DNA of 64,000 nucleotides from an uncultured Chlamydiales bacterium (GTDB lineage Bacteria; Chlamydiota; Chlamydiia; Chlamydiales; JAAKFR01): NCBI GenBank assembly GCA_963699155.1, contig OY969414.1, positions 1,835,757 to 1,899,756 of the forward strand, read 5' to 3'. Shown piece by piece: positions 45,481 to 56,102 of this stretch (position 1 is its first letter; each line of letters starts with the position of its first letter). The notes under the pieces were generated by a model. It saw only the letters and a program-made list of their open reading frames with translations, ran no database searches and was not told where the DNA came from. The position numbers and the translations under genes were made by a program.

Positions 45481-46068
45481 TTAACTCTTCCAGCGGGGGT
45501 AGAGGGTGTGGTCGAGGTAGAGGGCGTCGAGGACCTTGCCGACGATGAAGTTTTCGATGTCGGCGAGGGTTTGGGGGTGGGTGTACCAGGCGGGGATGGG
45601 GGGGACGATGGTGGCGCCGAGGCGGCTGAGTTTGAGGAGATTTTCGAGGTGGAGCTCACTGAGGGGCGATTCGCGGGGAACGAGGATGAGGGGCCGTTTT
45701 TCTTTGAGGGTAACGTCGGCAGCTCGGCGAAGAACATTATCGCCGAGACCGATGGAGATGGCGGCAATGGTGGCCATGCTGCAGGGAATGATGATCATAC
45801 CGGTGATTGGGTAGGAGCCACTGGCTATGGCGCAGCCGACATCGTTGATGGAGTGAAGGGTGATCTTCTGCTGGATCTCTTCGGGGAATTGCTGGATAAA
45901 CTTGGCTGTCGAGGCAAATTCTTTGCCGAGCTCGAGCGAAGCGGTATAGAGAGCGGAGGGGCTCATGACCAGTTCGATGGAGGAGCCGGTGGCGGTTAGT
46001 GCTTCGATGCAGCGCCGTGCAAGGATGATCCCAGATGCTCCCGAAATTCCTACAACAAAACGTCCCAT
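45481..46068 (-). CDS. ubiX: Flavin prenyltransferase
   Basis: VGISGASG, IASGS, PCSMAT, RRAADVTLKEKR and PRESP. Confidence 0.92.
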   Translation of the reverse strand: MGRFVVGISGASGIILARRCIEALTATGSSIELVMSPSALYTASLELGKEFASTAKFIQQFPEEIQQKITLHSINDVGCAIASGSYPITGMIIIPCSMATIAAISIGLGDNVLRRAADVTLKEKRPLILVPRESPLSELHLENLLKLSRLGATIVPPIPAWYTHPQTLADIENFIVGKVLDALYLDHTLYPRWKS

Positions 46069-46889
46069 ACGATACTCAGGCTGAGAAAAAAGAGGGTTGA
46101 GAGGGCTAGCCCCGCGCTACAGAAGAAAACAAGAGGGGTTTCTTTTTGGCGTAAATGGCGATGAAAGATCCAAAAAATGGCGCCGGCTGTGGGGATCACT
46201 AGATAGTAGACCAGGTGTAGATGGGCTGTAAGGCCTACCATCAGAAGCATCAATAAACAGGCACAATGAATCAGAGCGGAGAAAGTAATACTTTTCTCGA
46301 TCCCTAAGCAGGAGGGAATGCTGTAGAGCCCTTCTTCGCAGTCGAAAGTATAATCCTGGATCGCATAAGCGATGTCGTTGCCAATGATCGAAAAGGCGGC
46401 AGCTGCGCCTAGGAAGAGTACAGCTGGGGTCATGGTTCCTCTCATCGCTGCATAGGCCATCACAGGCCCTAAAAAATGGACCCCTCCTAAAACAAAGTGG
46501 CAAGAAGGATGAAGCCGCTTCATGTAAGAGTAGAGGTAGAGGAGCAGGGCAGCTAATAGGGAGAGCGCGGCTGTCAATCCGTTAATTTGAAAACAGACCA
46601 GGAGAAAGAGAATGAGCGCTCCCCAAGCCACTGTGCGCGCTTGACCCACACTCACCCTACCTGAAGGTAATGGACGCTGCTCTGTGCGTGGGTTACGTGC
46701 ATCTATTTTCCTATCGATCAATTGGTTAAATGCCATCCCTGAAATACGGGCTAAGAGAAACGCGGGCATCACCCAGAAGAGAGGCCGCCATTGGATAGGC
46801 AGTGATAAAAGAAGACCCGAGATGACAAAGGGAAGACCAAAGAGGGTCTGTTCCAAACGGGTCAGAGCTTTAAAGGCTGAGAGGCGCAT
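46050..46889 (-). CDS. ubiA: UbiA-family prenyltransferase (MqnP-like)
   Basis: MAFNQLIDRKIDARNPRT..RPLPSG, YSYMKR and DIAYAIQD. Confidence 0.88.
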   Translation of the reverse strand: MRLSAFKALTRLEQTLFGLPFVISGLLLSLPIQWRPLFWVMPAFLLARISGMAFNQLIDRKIDARNPRTEQRPLPSGRVSVGQARTVAWGALILFLLVCFQINGLTAALSLLAALLLYLYSYMKRLHPSCHFVLGGVHFLGPVMAYAAMRGTMTPAVLFLGAAAAFSIIGNDIAYAIQDYTFDCEEGLYSIPSCLGIEKSITFSALIHCACLLMLLMVGLTAHLHLVYYLVIPTAGAIFWIFHRHLRQKETPLVFFCSAGLALSTLFFLSLSIVWDVLL

Positions 46890-46922
46890 CTTTTATCTTG
46901 GAAGTTTATTGCTTCATCCATT

Positions 46923-47624
46923 ATGGATCCAGAGAATATGCAGAATCTTCATCATATCGAGATGGATGCCTGGCGGATTTTTCGGATCTTGTCCGAATTC
47001 GTCGATGGCTTTGAAACCATGACCCACATCGGCCCTTCAGTCTCTTTTTTCGGCTCTGCACGCATCAGCCGAGATCACCCCTACTACGAGTTGGCGACTG
47101 AGACAGCCCGAAAGGTGGCCGCAAAAGGTTTTGGGATCATCACGGGCGGTGGGCCTGGGACTATGGAAGCGGCTAACAAAGGGGCACAAGAGGCGAAAGG
47201 GAGATCTTGCGGCATCAGCGTCAACCTCCCCTTTGAAGAGCTGCACAACCCCTATATCGATCCACAATATAACATGCGTTTCCGCTACTTTTTTGTGCGC
47301 AAAGTGATGTTTATCCGCTATGCATTAGCCTTCGTCTTTCTCCCGGGTGGAATGGGAACGCTCGATGAGCTCTTTGAAGCGCTCACTTTGATGCAAACCA
47401 GCAAAATTAAGGCCTTCCCGATCTTTCTGATGGGCTCATCCTATTGGGAAGGTCTCATCGATTGGTTAAGGAAGAGCCCCTATTCAGAAAAATTTATCAC
47501 TGAGAGTGATTTCGAGCGCTTTAATATCACCGATGATCCCGCTTTTGTCGCTGCTGAGATTGAGAAGCACTTCAAAGAGGTAGGAGAAAAACCGACCTTC
47601 GAACTCAGTCGAGAATCTATTTAA
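46923..47624 (+). CDS. LOG family protein (TIGR00730-like)
   Basis: FGSAR, ITGGGPGTMEAANKGA and PGGMGTLDELFE. Confidence 0.9.
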   Translation: MDPENMQNLHHIEMDAWRIFRILSEFVDGFETMTHIGPSVSFFGSARISRDHPYYELATETARKVAAKGFGIITGGGPGTMEAANKGAQEAKGRSCGISVNLPFEELHNPYIDPQYNMRFRYFFVRKVMFIRYALAFVFLPGGMGTLDELFEALTLMQTSKIKAFPIFLMGSSYWEGLIDWLRKSPYSEKFITESDFERFNITDDPAFVAAEIEKHFKEVGEKPTFELSRESI

Positions 47625-48388
47625 CTTTCTTCTGCGATGATTTTTGCCATCTCAGGATCGCTTTGGGCAAAAGCGACCAGATCGAAATTGAACATGATGG
47701 TCTCTCTTGGAGAGATTTTCCATCGATTTTTTAAGGCACGTATCGCTTCAGGTTGCTTACCCTCAGCTGCGAGGATAATACATGTTTTCACAAGATCCTT
47801 CAAAACTTCCTCTTTCAGGTGGCTCTCGCTCAAGAGGCGATTCACCAGCTCAAAATCTCCAAAAAATGCAGCCAACGAGACAAATCGATTTTTGGCAGGA
47901 TCTTCCATGGCCAGAATGCCTGCCTCATAAGAGGCGATCAAAGTCGCCCTCATTTGAGTGTAAGGAAATTTCTTGAGATCTTCCCGACTCTCACCAAAGA
48001 CAGCATGATCTGGAAAAGGCTCATAGAATCTTTGGATTGATTTAGGATTCTCTCTAATTTGTTGCCTACTTTCTGAGGGAAGAGATTTTAGAAAAGGATA
48101 AAAAAGAGAAGGTTGAGGTATGAGATAACTTTTTTTCTCTTCCTTGACGAGTCTGACCAACCCCTCATTAAACTTCAGATGGAAGTGCATTTCGTAACGA
48201 TTGATAGTCTGATGCCAGCACTGGCAGACCCGACTGCAGAGAGCCAAATCAATGGGAGAGGAATTTAAAAAAATGTTTACCAGAACCTCTTCCGGTATTT
48301 GCTTTTCACTCTCCACTGTTTCCACGATCGGCGGCGAGATATGTGATTTACTACCACATCCAGTAAAACAAGAAAATAGCCAAGCCAT
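47621..48388 (-). CDS. F-box protein with ankyrin-like C-terminus
   Basis: IPEEVLVNIFLN..PIDLALCSRVCQCW; LAAFFGDFELVNRLL and LAAEGKQPEAIRAL. Confidence 0.75.
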   Translation of the reverse strand: MAWLFSCFTGCGSKSHISPPIVETVESEKQIPEEVLVNIFLNSSPIDLALCSRVCQCWHQTINRYEMHFHLKFNEGLVRLVKEEKKSYLIPQPSLFYPFLKSLPSESRQQIRENPKSIQRFYEPFPDHAVFGESREDLKKFPYTQMRATLIASYEAGILAMEDPAKNRFVSLAAFFGDFELVNRLLSESHLKEEVLKDLVKTCIILAAEGKQPEAIRALKNRWKISPRETIMFNFDLVAFAQSDPEMAKIIAEES

Positions 48389-48433
48389 AGTAATATTTTA
48401 CAGGATGGAATATTAAGATGGAATTAATTCTTT

Positions 48434-49786
48434 CTAAAAATTAAATCCGCTCTCGAGTAGATCATCGATATATTTGATATCATACTTGAGATCGAGAAAA
48501 TCAGGGTTGTTCATCATGTACTGATGAAAGGGGATCGTGGAGTGGACCCCGCCGATATGGAACTCTCGAAGAGCCCTCTTCATGTGAGCGACAGCTTCCT
48601 TACGATTTTTTCCCCTCACAATCAGCTTAGCGATCATCGAATCGTAGTTCGGGGGGATTTTGTAGCCCGAATAGCAGGAGCTATCTACACGCACATGAGG
48701 CCCTCCTGGAGGCAGATAGTACTCTAACACTCCGGGCGAGGGGGCAAAGTGGTTAGAGGGATTTTCGGCGTTGATCCGACACTGGATCACGTGGCCATTA
48801 AACAATACGTCTTTTTGTTTGCGCTTGAGCTCTTGCCCCATCGCAATTCGGATCTGTTCTTGAACGAGATCGATCCCCGTCAGCTCTTCGGTCACCGTAT
48901 GCTCGACCTGAATCCGGGTATTCATCTCCATAAAATAGAAGTTATTCTCTCGGTCAAGCAAGAACTCGATGGTCCCTGCAGAGTGGTACTTGGCTGCTTT
49001 GGCGATACTGACAGCAGCAGCTCCGATTTTGTGACGGAGCGATTCTGATAGAGCCGGGCTCGGAGCCTCCTCGATCAGCTTCTGTCGCCGTCTCTGGATC
49101 GTGCAATCCCGCTCCCCTAAGTGGATATAGTTGCCATATTTGTCCCCCAAAATTTGGATCTCGATGTGACGGGGACGCACGATCATTTTTTCCAGATAGA
49201 CATCGGGATTGTTGAAACTGGCAGCAGCTTCAGCGCGTGCAGCCGCGAAGAGACGGCTGAACTCTTCGACATTGTTGGCGATCCGGATCCCCTTTCCACC
49301 CCCTCCTGCGACCGCTTTGATAAAAACGGGAAAGCCGATCTTCTTGGCCTCCTTGAGCGCCTCTTCCTGCGTTTCAATCACTCCCTCTGAGCCGGGAATG
49401 ACTGGACATTTGGCGCTCCTTGCGAGCGCTTTCGCCTTCGCTTTGTCGCCCATCAGGGAGATCGTATGGGGAGAGGGGCCGATAAAATTGAGTCCACAGC
49501 TTTCACAGATCGAAGCAAAATTGGCATTCTCGCTCAAAAAGCCATAGCCAGGATGGATCGCATCGGCACCTGTAATTTCACAGGCCGATAAAATATTGGC
49601 CACCTTGAGATAGGACTTTGAAGAGGGAGCTTCACCAATACAGACCGCTTCGTCGGCAAAAAGAACATGGAGAGCCTCGCTATCCGCTTGCGAATAGACA
49701 GCCACCGTTTGCAAGCCCATATCATGGGCAGCACGGATGATACGGACCGCGATTTCTCCGCGATTGGCGATTAAGATTTTTTTCAT
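48434..49786 (-). CDS. accC: Acetyl-CoA carboxylase, biotin carboxylase
   Basis: ILIANRGEIA, HPGYGFLSEN, GGGGKG and EMNTRIQVEH. Confidence 0.97.
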   Translation of the reverse strand: MKKILIANRGEIAVRIIRAAHDMGLQTVAVYSQADSEALHVLFADEAVCIGEAPSSKSYLKVANILSACEITGADAIHPGYGFLSENANFASICESCGLNFIGPSPHTISLMGDKAKAKALARSAKCPVIPGSEGVIETQEEALKEAKKIGFPVFIKAVAGGGGKGIRIANNVEEFSRLFAAARAEAAASFNNPDVYLEKMIVRPRHIEIQILGDKYGNYIHLGERDCTIQRRRQKLIEEAPSPALSESLRHKIGAAAVSIAKAAKYHSAGTIEFLLDRENNFYFMEMNTRIQVEHTVTEELTGIDLVQEQIRIAMGQELKRKQKDVLFNGHVIQCRINAENPSNHFAPSPGVLEYYLPPGGPHVRVDSSCYSGYKIPPNYDSMIAKLIVRGKNRKEAVAHMKRALREFHIGGVHSTIPFHQYMMNNPDFLDLKYDIKYIDDLLESGFNF

Positions 49787-50259
49787 GTCGGCTCGATCCG
49801 GAGGATGCGCGTTCCAAACTCGACAGGATCCCCACTTTTCATCAAAACTTCTGCGACGACCCCTGTGAGGCCCGATTTGACCTCATTCATCACTTTCATC
49901 GCTTCAATGATGCAGACGACAGAATTTTCGTTCACACTATCTCCTACCTTAACAAAAGGAGGATCATCGGGTGAAGGGGAGGCATAAAAAGTGCCCACCA
50001 TCGGAGAGGTGACAAAGCTGCCTGCTTTAGGCTTAGATTCTGCTGGAAGGGCACTCTCCACCAATTTTGGTTTAGACTCAGCGTGAGGCTGATGAAGAGG
50101 AGCGACGGCTGGTTGGACATAGTGTGGTGCAAGTGCAGCAGGAGCCTGGTCTGTTTCTCGTTCGATTTCGATTTCGAAACCCTCTTGTTTCAGGACAACC
50201 CGCTTTATGCGCGACTCTTCCATCGCCTTCATCAGTTTTTCAATTTGCTTTTGATCCAC
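49783..50259 (-). CDS. accB: Biotin carboxyl carrier protein
   Basis: SPMVGTFY and EAMKV. Confidence 0.97.
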   Translation of the reverse strand: MDQKQIEKLMKAMEESRIKRVVLKQEGFEIEIERETDQAPAALAPHYVQPAVAPLHQPHAESKPKLVESALPAESKPKAGSFVTSPMVGTFYASPSPDDPPFVKVGDSVNENSVVCIIEAMKVMNEVKSGLTGVVAEVLMKSGDPVEFGTRILRIEPT

Positions 50260-50263
50260 TCTC

Positions 50264-50824
50264 TTATACCCTTTGAATATATTCTTTCGTGCGCGTATCG
50301 ACTTTGATCACATCCCCCGCTTCGATAAAGGGGGGAACCTCGATCGCTGCACCTGTTTCCAAAATAGCCTCTTTAGTGGCATTGGAGAGAGCTGCTGCTT
50401 TGTCGGAAGACGCATCTGTTTTAGAGACCATCAGCTCTAAAAATTGGGGAAGCTCTACAGAGAAGATTGTATCTCCATAAAAGGTTGCCTGTAGCTCGAT
50501 CCCCTCTTTGAGAAAATTGACTTTATCAGAGATGACATCGGGTGGCACTAAAACCTGCTCCAGGTTACCGATATCGAGAAAGAGGTAGTTTTTCCCTTCC
50601 AGGTAGAGATATTCCAGGTGGCGCTCTTCGAGAGCGACATCTTTCACCTCTTGGCCCACTTTGAAATTCTTCTCTAAAACCTTTTCACCGCTGAGATCTC
50701 TCAGTTTGGTCTTGATAAAAGGCTGCCCTTTGGGTGCAGTCACTTTGACAACCGATTCCACTCGGAAGAGTTTATTGTCAACGGAGACGGTCATCCCGGG
50801 CGTCAATTGCTGGCTAGATACCAT
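50264..50824 (-). CDS. efp: Elongation factor P (chlamydial paralog with non-canonical loop)
   Basis: EYLY, KEAILETGA..VPPFIE.GD.IKVDTR..EYIQR. Start at 50824. Confidence 0.9.
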   Translation of the reverse strand: MVSSQQLTPGMTVSVDNKLFRVESVVKVTAPKGQPFIKTKLRDLSGEKVLEKNFKVGQEVKDVALEERHLEYLYLEGKNYLFLDIGNLEQVLVPPDVISDKVNFLKEGIELQATFYGDTIFSVELPQFLELMVSKTDASSDKAAALSNATKEAILETGAAIEVPPFIEAGDVIKVDTRTKEYIQRV

Positions 50825-50825
50825 G

Positions 50826-51542
50826 TTATTTTGCTCCACTTGCGCGTAATTTACCGATTCCCTCGGCCATATTCTCGACTTCCTCAAAGAGATAAGTCCC
50901 AGAAACCAGCACATTGGCTCCCGCTTCTACACACCTGGGAGCCGTCTTATCGTCAATCCCCCCATCCACCTCGATCAGAAAGGGAGGGAGATTTTCCTTT
51001 GGTTTCGCCACTTTACCACCTGCGCGGATTTTCAGTTGATCACAGGTTTCACGAACAAAACGGACCTTTTCGACCACATCGGCTCGGAACTTCTGCCCAC
51101 CGAAACCAGGAGGGACTGTCATCATCAGAATCAGATCAGAACAGTTCAAATAACGGGGGATAAATTCGGAAGAGGTTTCTGGACGAAAGGCTACTCCCGC
51201 TTGGATGCCACATTTTCGGATATAGTCGAGAGTCTCTTCGACATCTTCTGTCGCTTCAAAATGAAAGGTGATCCGATCAGCCCCCGACTCCACCAATCTT
51301 TCGACATAATCGTAAGGATTATAGATCATGATATGGACATCGAGAAAAAGAGAGCTGGCTCTGTTAATGGCAGCCAAAGCGCGTGGGCCGAGCGTCAGAT
51401 TGGGCACAAAATGGCCATCCATGATGTCGACATGGATTGCGTCTGCACCAGCGGCTTCAATCGCTAGCGCCGCATCAGCCAGATAGCCAAAGTCGCCAGA
51501 GAGTATGGAAGGAGCAATTAAAATCTCTTCTTGTCGAGCCAT
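50826..51542 (-). CDS. rpe: Ribulose-phosphate 3-epimerase
   Basis: IAPSILS, HVDIMDGHFVPN, MTVPPGFGGQ and EVDGGI. Start at 51542. Confidence 0.95.
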   Translation of the reverse strand: MARQEEILIAPSILSGDFGYLADAALAIEAAGADAIHVDIMDGHFVPNLTLGPRALAAINRASSLFLDVHIMIYNPYDYVERLVESGADRITFHFEATEDVEETLDYIRKCGIQAGVAFRPETSSEFIPRYLNCSDLILMMTVPPGFGGQKFRADVVEKVRFVRETCDQLKIRAGGKVAKPKENLPPFLIEVDGGIDDKTAPRCVEAGANVLVSGTYLFEEVENMAEGIGKLRASGAK

Positions 51543-51599
51543 TGTTGTAAAGGATAAAGGAAAAATGATATAGGAAACAAGGAGTAAATTCACCTCATA

Positions 51600-53090
51600 A
51601 TGGCAGTTCATCCAAAAGAATTTTTCACTTCACGCTGGGGTTTTCTTCTCTCCATGCTCGGCGTGGCGGTGGGGGCAGGCAACATCTGGCGCTTTTCGCG
51701 CGTGGTGGCCCAAAATGGGGGCGGCTCGTTTCTGATTCCTTGGGTCATCTTTCTCTTTGTCTGGTCGATACCCCTAATCATCGCCGAGATTGCAATGGGC
51801 AAACTCTGCAGGAGAGCTCCCATCGGAGCTCTTGCAGAAATGGCGGGGCGCTCATTTGGATGGATGGGTGCCTTCATCGCACTGGTGACAAGCGGGATCC
51901 TCTTTTACTACTCCGTTGTTGTCGGATGGGGCTGTCGCTACTTTCTTTATAGTATTACAGGAACATTAACCCAAACCAGCGACCATGAAGCGCTCTGGAA
52001 TGGCTTTATCCAGAGCTGGCAGCCACTGCTCTTTCACTGCCTCTCCATCCTGATCGGCTGTTATGTCATCTACAAAGGGATCACCAAAGGGATCGAGCGC
52101 AGCAACAAGATCTTGATTCCCACTCTACTCATCATCATCCTGCTCATCACCCTACGCGCGGTCACTCTGCCAGGTGCATGGCAGGGCATCACCTTTCTCT
52201 TCAAACCTCATCTCCAAGATCTCTTGAATTATAACGTCTGGCTCGAGGCCCTCACCCAAAATGCGTGGGATACAGGGGCTGGCTGGGGACTCCTTCTTGT
52301 CTATGCCGGTTATGCCCACCGAAAAGAGAGCGTCATTATCAATGGCTCTCTCGCAGCAATCGGCAACAATCTCGTCAGTCTCATCATGGGCATCATGATC
52401 TTTTCGACCGCCTTCGCCCTTGAAAGCGAAATCGGAATCAAACAGCTGATCAGCGGTGAAGGATCGAGCAACACTGGCCTCACCTTTATCTTTTTGCCCA
52501 AACTCTTCATGGCGCTTCCTGGGGGTCCCTTGGTCCAGCTCACCTTCGCCTCCATTTTTTTCTTCGCCTTCATCTGTGCAGCGCTCAGCTCTATGATTTC
52601 GATGCTCCAACTCCTCATGCAGGTCTTCCACGAAATGGGTCTCAATCGCAATCGCTCCATCCTCATCACCGGCCTTCTCAGCCTCTTACTCGGAGCACCC
52701 TCAGCCCTAAGCCACGCCTTTTTCGAAAATCAAGATTGGGTCTGGAGCGTCGGCCTCATTCTCAACGGCCTCTTCATCGCCTTTGCCATCTCACGCTATG
52801 GCGTCGACCATTTCCGCAAAGAAGCCGTCAACTCCTCCCCCCAAGATTTCAAACTCGGCAAGTTTTTCAACCTCTTCATCACAATCCTCATCCCCCTTCA
52901 AGGCATCGCTCTCATCATCTGGTACTTCTACAACAGCATCCTCCACACCGACCCCGAATGGTGGAACCCCTTCCGCACCTATAGCGTCGCCACTCTCCTC
53001 TTCCAATGGGGCCTCGCCCTCCTCACCTTCCTCCTCCTCAACCGCTGGCTCGTCACAAAATCCCTCTCCCCTCACAAACCCTCTGACTAA
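51600..53090 (+). CDS. Sodium-dependent transporter (NSS/SNF family)
   Basis: F.SRWGFLL..GVAVGAGNIWRF...NGGGSFLIP; many TM helices. Confidence 0.92.
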   Translation: MAVHPKEFFTSRWGFLLSMLGVAVGAGNIWRFSRVVAQNGGGSFLIPWVIFLFVWSIPLIIAEIAMGKLCRRAPIGALAEMAGRSFGWMGAFIALVTSGILFYYSVVVGWGCRYFLYSITGTLTQTSDHEALWNGFIQSWQPLLFHCLSILIGCYVIYKGITKGIERSNKILIPTLLIIILLITLRAVTLPGAWQGITFLFKPHLQDLLNYNVWLEALTQNAWDTGAGWGLLLVYAGYAHRKESVIINGSLAAIGNNLVSLIMGIMIFSTAFALESEIGIKQLISGEGSSNTGLTFIFLPKLFMALPGGPLVQLTFASIFFFAFICAALSSMISMLQLLMQVFHEMGLNRNRSILITGLLSLLLGAPSALSHAFFENQDWVWSVGLILNGLFIAFAISRYGVDHFRKEAVNSSPQDFKLGKFFNLFITILIPLQGIALIIWYFYNSILHTDPEWWNPFRTYSVATLLFQWGLALLTFLLLNRWLVTKSLSPHKPSD

Positions 53091-53156
53091 TTGTTGCAAA
53101 AATTCACTCCCCGGATATAAAATTTTCTTTTTTTTTAATTGAAGGATGCAATTTTT

Positions 53157-54395
53157 ATGGCACAAGCTGTTGTGGGTGGTGCGATCGCTTCTGTTTTAAT
53201 CTCTCGATTGGCCAATGCGCTATTGGAGGGACAATCGAGTAAGCCAGTCGATGGAAATGGCAGTGTCATCCTGGAGCGCTTTCTGCAGACTCTTTCGCAT
53301 GACTTCCTTTTTCGTGTAGAAACGGTCGTACAAGCCGCATTTACAGCTCAGAACTATCTCCAGATTAAAGCTCAGGGAGCAACAGCTGCTACTGCATTGC
53401 GAACCTATTTCCTTTCTCAATATGTTGATCAACTTCAATTAGATACGGCAACTGCAGAAATTCTTCGAGCCCGCAGTCTATTGTTTCAAGAAACTGACAA
53501 GATCTTGCAATTTTCTGTAGATGAATTAAAGATCCCCGAAAGGTTGGGCGGCGCTGCAGACGCCTCTCATGTCTGGTATGAAAATGTAGAAATACAAGCT
53601 GCTCAAGATAAAACTGGTAGGGCTCATGTTCTTGTGAACCACACCGAAGCTGCGATGAATGTTCTCCAAAGAATCGCAGCTTTGGACCTGCTGATTCTCT
53701 CTAAAAGAATAGAACTTTTCCCTGGATTAAAAGATGAATTGATCTTGCGGATCGATGAATATGTCAGCCTTGCACTCAAGTTGATCCAGAAGCAGGAGTT
53801 AGGGATCAACTGCTTAAGTTTTGTGCTGAAGGTAAACCGCTTCTCAGTGAACCCTCATAAAGGGACCGTGAATCTCGGGTTTTTATGGTTCCGTTTTTGC
53901 GATGGCCAAGTCAAGGAGAGACTCTGCGAATATGGAAACTGGTATAAGGCTACAGGTGGTTGGGAAGCAAAGATAAGAAATTTTTCTGCAGCTAGTTGTT
54001 CTGCGGAGGAGCTTTTCGTGCGGCAAGGCATCTATGGGAGAACAGCAGTACTTGCAGCCTATAAACAAAAAATGGACAAATATGGAACCCCATGGGAGGC
54101 TCAAGTAGCCGCAGATCGAAGTGCCATGTGGGCAGCCAATTTCACACGCCTGATCGATCCCTCTAGAGAAGGCACTCTCGGCCATGCCCAAGGGATTTGG
54201 AAAGAACTGAAAACACACTATGAGAATCTTCCCTCGCCATTACCTCCTGCACCTTCTTTACCTCCTGCACCCTCTTTGCCTCCTTCAGCTGCGTTACCGA
54301 CCGTAGCGACACAACAGAGTGCCTTCTGGTTTCGTTGGAGCAGCTACATTGCGCACTCTCTATTCGGCTTAATCAAGCGTTGGTTATGGGAGTGA
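53157..54395 (+). CDS. Hypothetical helical protein with Pro-rich repeat near the C-terminus
   Basis: Long ORF; LPPAPS repeats encoded by an 18-bp tandem repeat near 54240-54290. Confidence 0.7.
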   Translation: MAQAVVGGAIASVLISRLANALLEGQSSKPVDGNGSVILERFLQTLSHDFLFRVETVVQAAFTAQNYLQIKAQGATAATALRTYFLSQYVDQLQLDTATAEILRARSLLFQETDKILQFSVDELKIPERLGGAADASHVWYENVEIQAAQDKTGRAHVLVNHTEAAMNVLQRIAALDLLILSKRIELFPGLKDELILRIDEYVSLALKLIQKQELGINCLSFVLKVNRFSVNPHKGTVNLGFLWFRFCDGQVKERLCEYGNWYKATGGWEAKIRNFSAASCSAEELFVRQGIYGRTAVLAAYKQKMDKYGTPWEAQVAADRSAMWAANFTRLIDPSREGTLGHAQGIWKELKTHYENLPSPLPPAPSLPPAPSLPPSAALPTVATQQSAFWFRWSSYIAHSLFGLIKRWLWE

Positions 54396-54399
54396 TCCA

Positions 54400-55311
54400 T
54401 TGATGAGTAAAACACCCTCTTCTCTTTACTCTGCTCTGCTTCGCAGCGATCCTATTTTGGCTGTTTTAGCGGATCGTCCTGAACCAGGCCCGAGGGCACC
54501 GGACTCACCTGTCGACACAAAGATCACTCAGCGATTCGCTGCAGCTCTTTGTCAGAGCTACCAGGCGGCTGCTAAATGTTACTGCCCCATTGGACAGCTT
54601 GTCCCTCCACTCTCACCAAAAGAACGACAATTCTTGACAACGCATAGTGTAGCACAAATTGTTTCGGCACCTCTGCCAATGGCTGAAGAGCGCAGCCCCA
54701 TCTTGATGTTTGTTAAAGATGTGCTCTGCTCTGTTGCTAGCCAAGCAGCCAGCCACGCTATTACTGATAGTTTGCAAAGTAGCTCCCCATCCCGAGCTCC
54801 TGCATCATCGCCTCCTCAGTTGGAAGAGGCGGCAGATAGCGCTCTTTCCCATCTTAAGAGGCAAGTAGAGTTATCCAGTACAAAAGAGATCTTCCATGCC
54901 CATCTAGAAAAAAATGCCCTTTCAAAAATCGAGCATAATTTAGAAACCTTCATTCAAAAAGGGCAGCATAATGTCACTTCAATGAGAGAGATTTTAAGTC
55001 AGGGCAACAAAGCTCTTGAAATGACAGAACGTTTTACAGCACATGTCATCCACGCAACGGCTGCAGGGCTTGAACTGGGTAGTTTTGCTCTTCAAGTCCA
55101 TGCAAAAGGCTTCGATGAGGCCACGTTCGAGACAGGCAAGTCGATGCTCATTGAATTTGCTGCAAAATACCCTGCAGAGATCATTGCAGCCGCAGCCTGT
55201 GGATTCCAGCCAGAATTCTGCGCAGTGATTCTCACTACAGTCATGTCGAGCGTTTTCTCCCCTACAGATATCGCTCTTGAACCACTTCCTCTAAAAGGAG
55301 ATAAAAAATGA
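54400..55311 (+). CDS. Hypothetical protein
   Basis: 303-aa ORF coupled to its neighbours, with a hydrophobic C-terminal segment. Confidence 0.65.
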   Translation: MMSKTPSSLYSALLRSDPILAVLADRPEPGPRAPDSPVDTKITQRFAAALCQSYQAAAKCYCPIGQLVPPLSPKERQFLTTHSVAQIVSAPLPMAEERSPILMFVKDVLCSVASQAASHAITDSLQSSSPSRAPASSPPQLEEAADSALSHLKRQVELSSTKEIFHAHLEKNALSKIEHNLETFIQKGQHNVTSMREILSQGNKALEMTERFTAHVIHATAAGLELGSFALQVHAKGFDEATFETGKSMLIEFAAKYPAEIIAAAACGFQPEFCAVILTTVMSSVFSPTDIALEPLPLKGDKK

Positions 55312-56054
55312 GACTCAAGAATAAGAATGCAGTGATTACAGGTGGAACAACTGGTCTAGGTTTCGAAATGGCCCGATGCTATCTGGAAGAGGGCGCGCGC
55401 GTACTGATCACCGGGAGGAGACAAGAAAATGTGGATAGTGCTGTTGCTCAGCTGGGTCAAAATGGCTTCGGAGTCGCTGCGGACGCCAGTCGTCTACCTA
55501 AAATTGAAAAAATGGCTCAAAAAGCAAAAGAGCTCTTTGGTCAGGTTGACATTCTGATTGCCAATGCTGGAATCGGCGTCTTTGCACCCCTCCTGGAGGT
55601 GGATGAGGCGGCCTTTAATAAGCAGTTTGATCTCAATGTGAAGGGCCTGTTTTTTACGGTACAAAAGATCGTGCCGCTGATGAGAAAAGGGGGTTCTATT
55701 ATCTTAATCTCCTCTACAGTGCATGATAAAGCAATGCAAGGCGGATCCCTCTATACAGCTTCGAAAGCCGCTGTCCGCTCTTTTGCCCGATCGATGGCTT
55801 TTGAACTCGCGGGGAAGGGGATTCGCGTCAATAGTCTGAGTCCTGGACTTGTTCCCACAGAATTCGCCAAAAATGCCCAACTTGATCCAACAGAAAATCA
55901 ACAGTTCATAGAAAAAATGGTCGAAGAAACCCCTCTGCAACGTCCTGGAAAGCCATTAGAAATCGCTCAAGCTGCCCTTTTCCTTGGCTCGGATGAATCC
56001 TCTTACATCACTGCAGCCGACCTCATCGTGGACGGTGGCTGGGGAAATGTCTAG
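55308..56054 (+). CDS. Short-chain dehydrogenase/reductase
   Basis: TGGTTGLG, NAG, YTASK, IRVNSLSPG and VDGG. Confidence 0.92.
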   Translation: MRLKNKNAVITGGTTGLGFEMARCYLEEGARVLITGRRQENVDSAVAQLGQNGFGVAADASRLPKIEKMAQKAKELFGQVDILIANAGIGVFAPLLEVDEAAFNKQFDLNVKGLFFTVQKIVPLMRKGGSIILISSTVHDKAMQGGSLYTASKAAVRSFARSMAFELAGKGIRVNSLSPGLVPTEFAKNAQLDPTENQQFIEKMVEETPLQRPGKPLEIAQAALFLGSDESSYITAADLIVDGGWGNV

Positions 56055-56102
56055 GAGGCCACTCCGGGAAGAGGAAAGCGCCGTTTTCCCCTAGCCCCTC
56101 TC

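Noticed and set aside
50264..50824. EF-P loop TAPKG instead of KPGKG as a novelty
   Set aside because: A divergent EF-P paralog in the accC-accB-efp-rpe cluster is an expected chlamydial feature.
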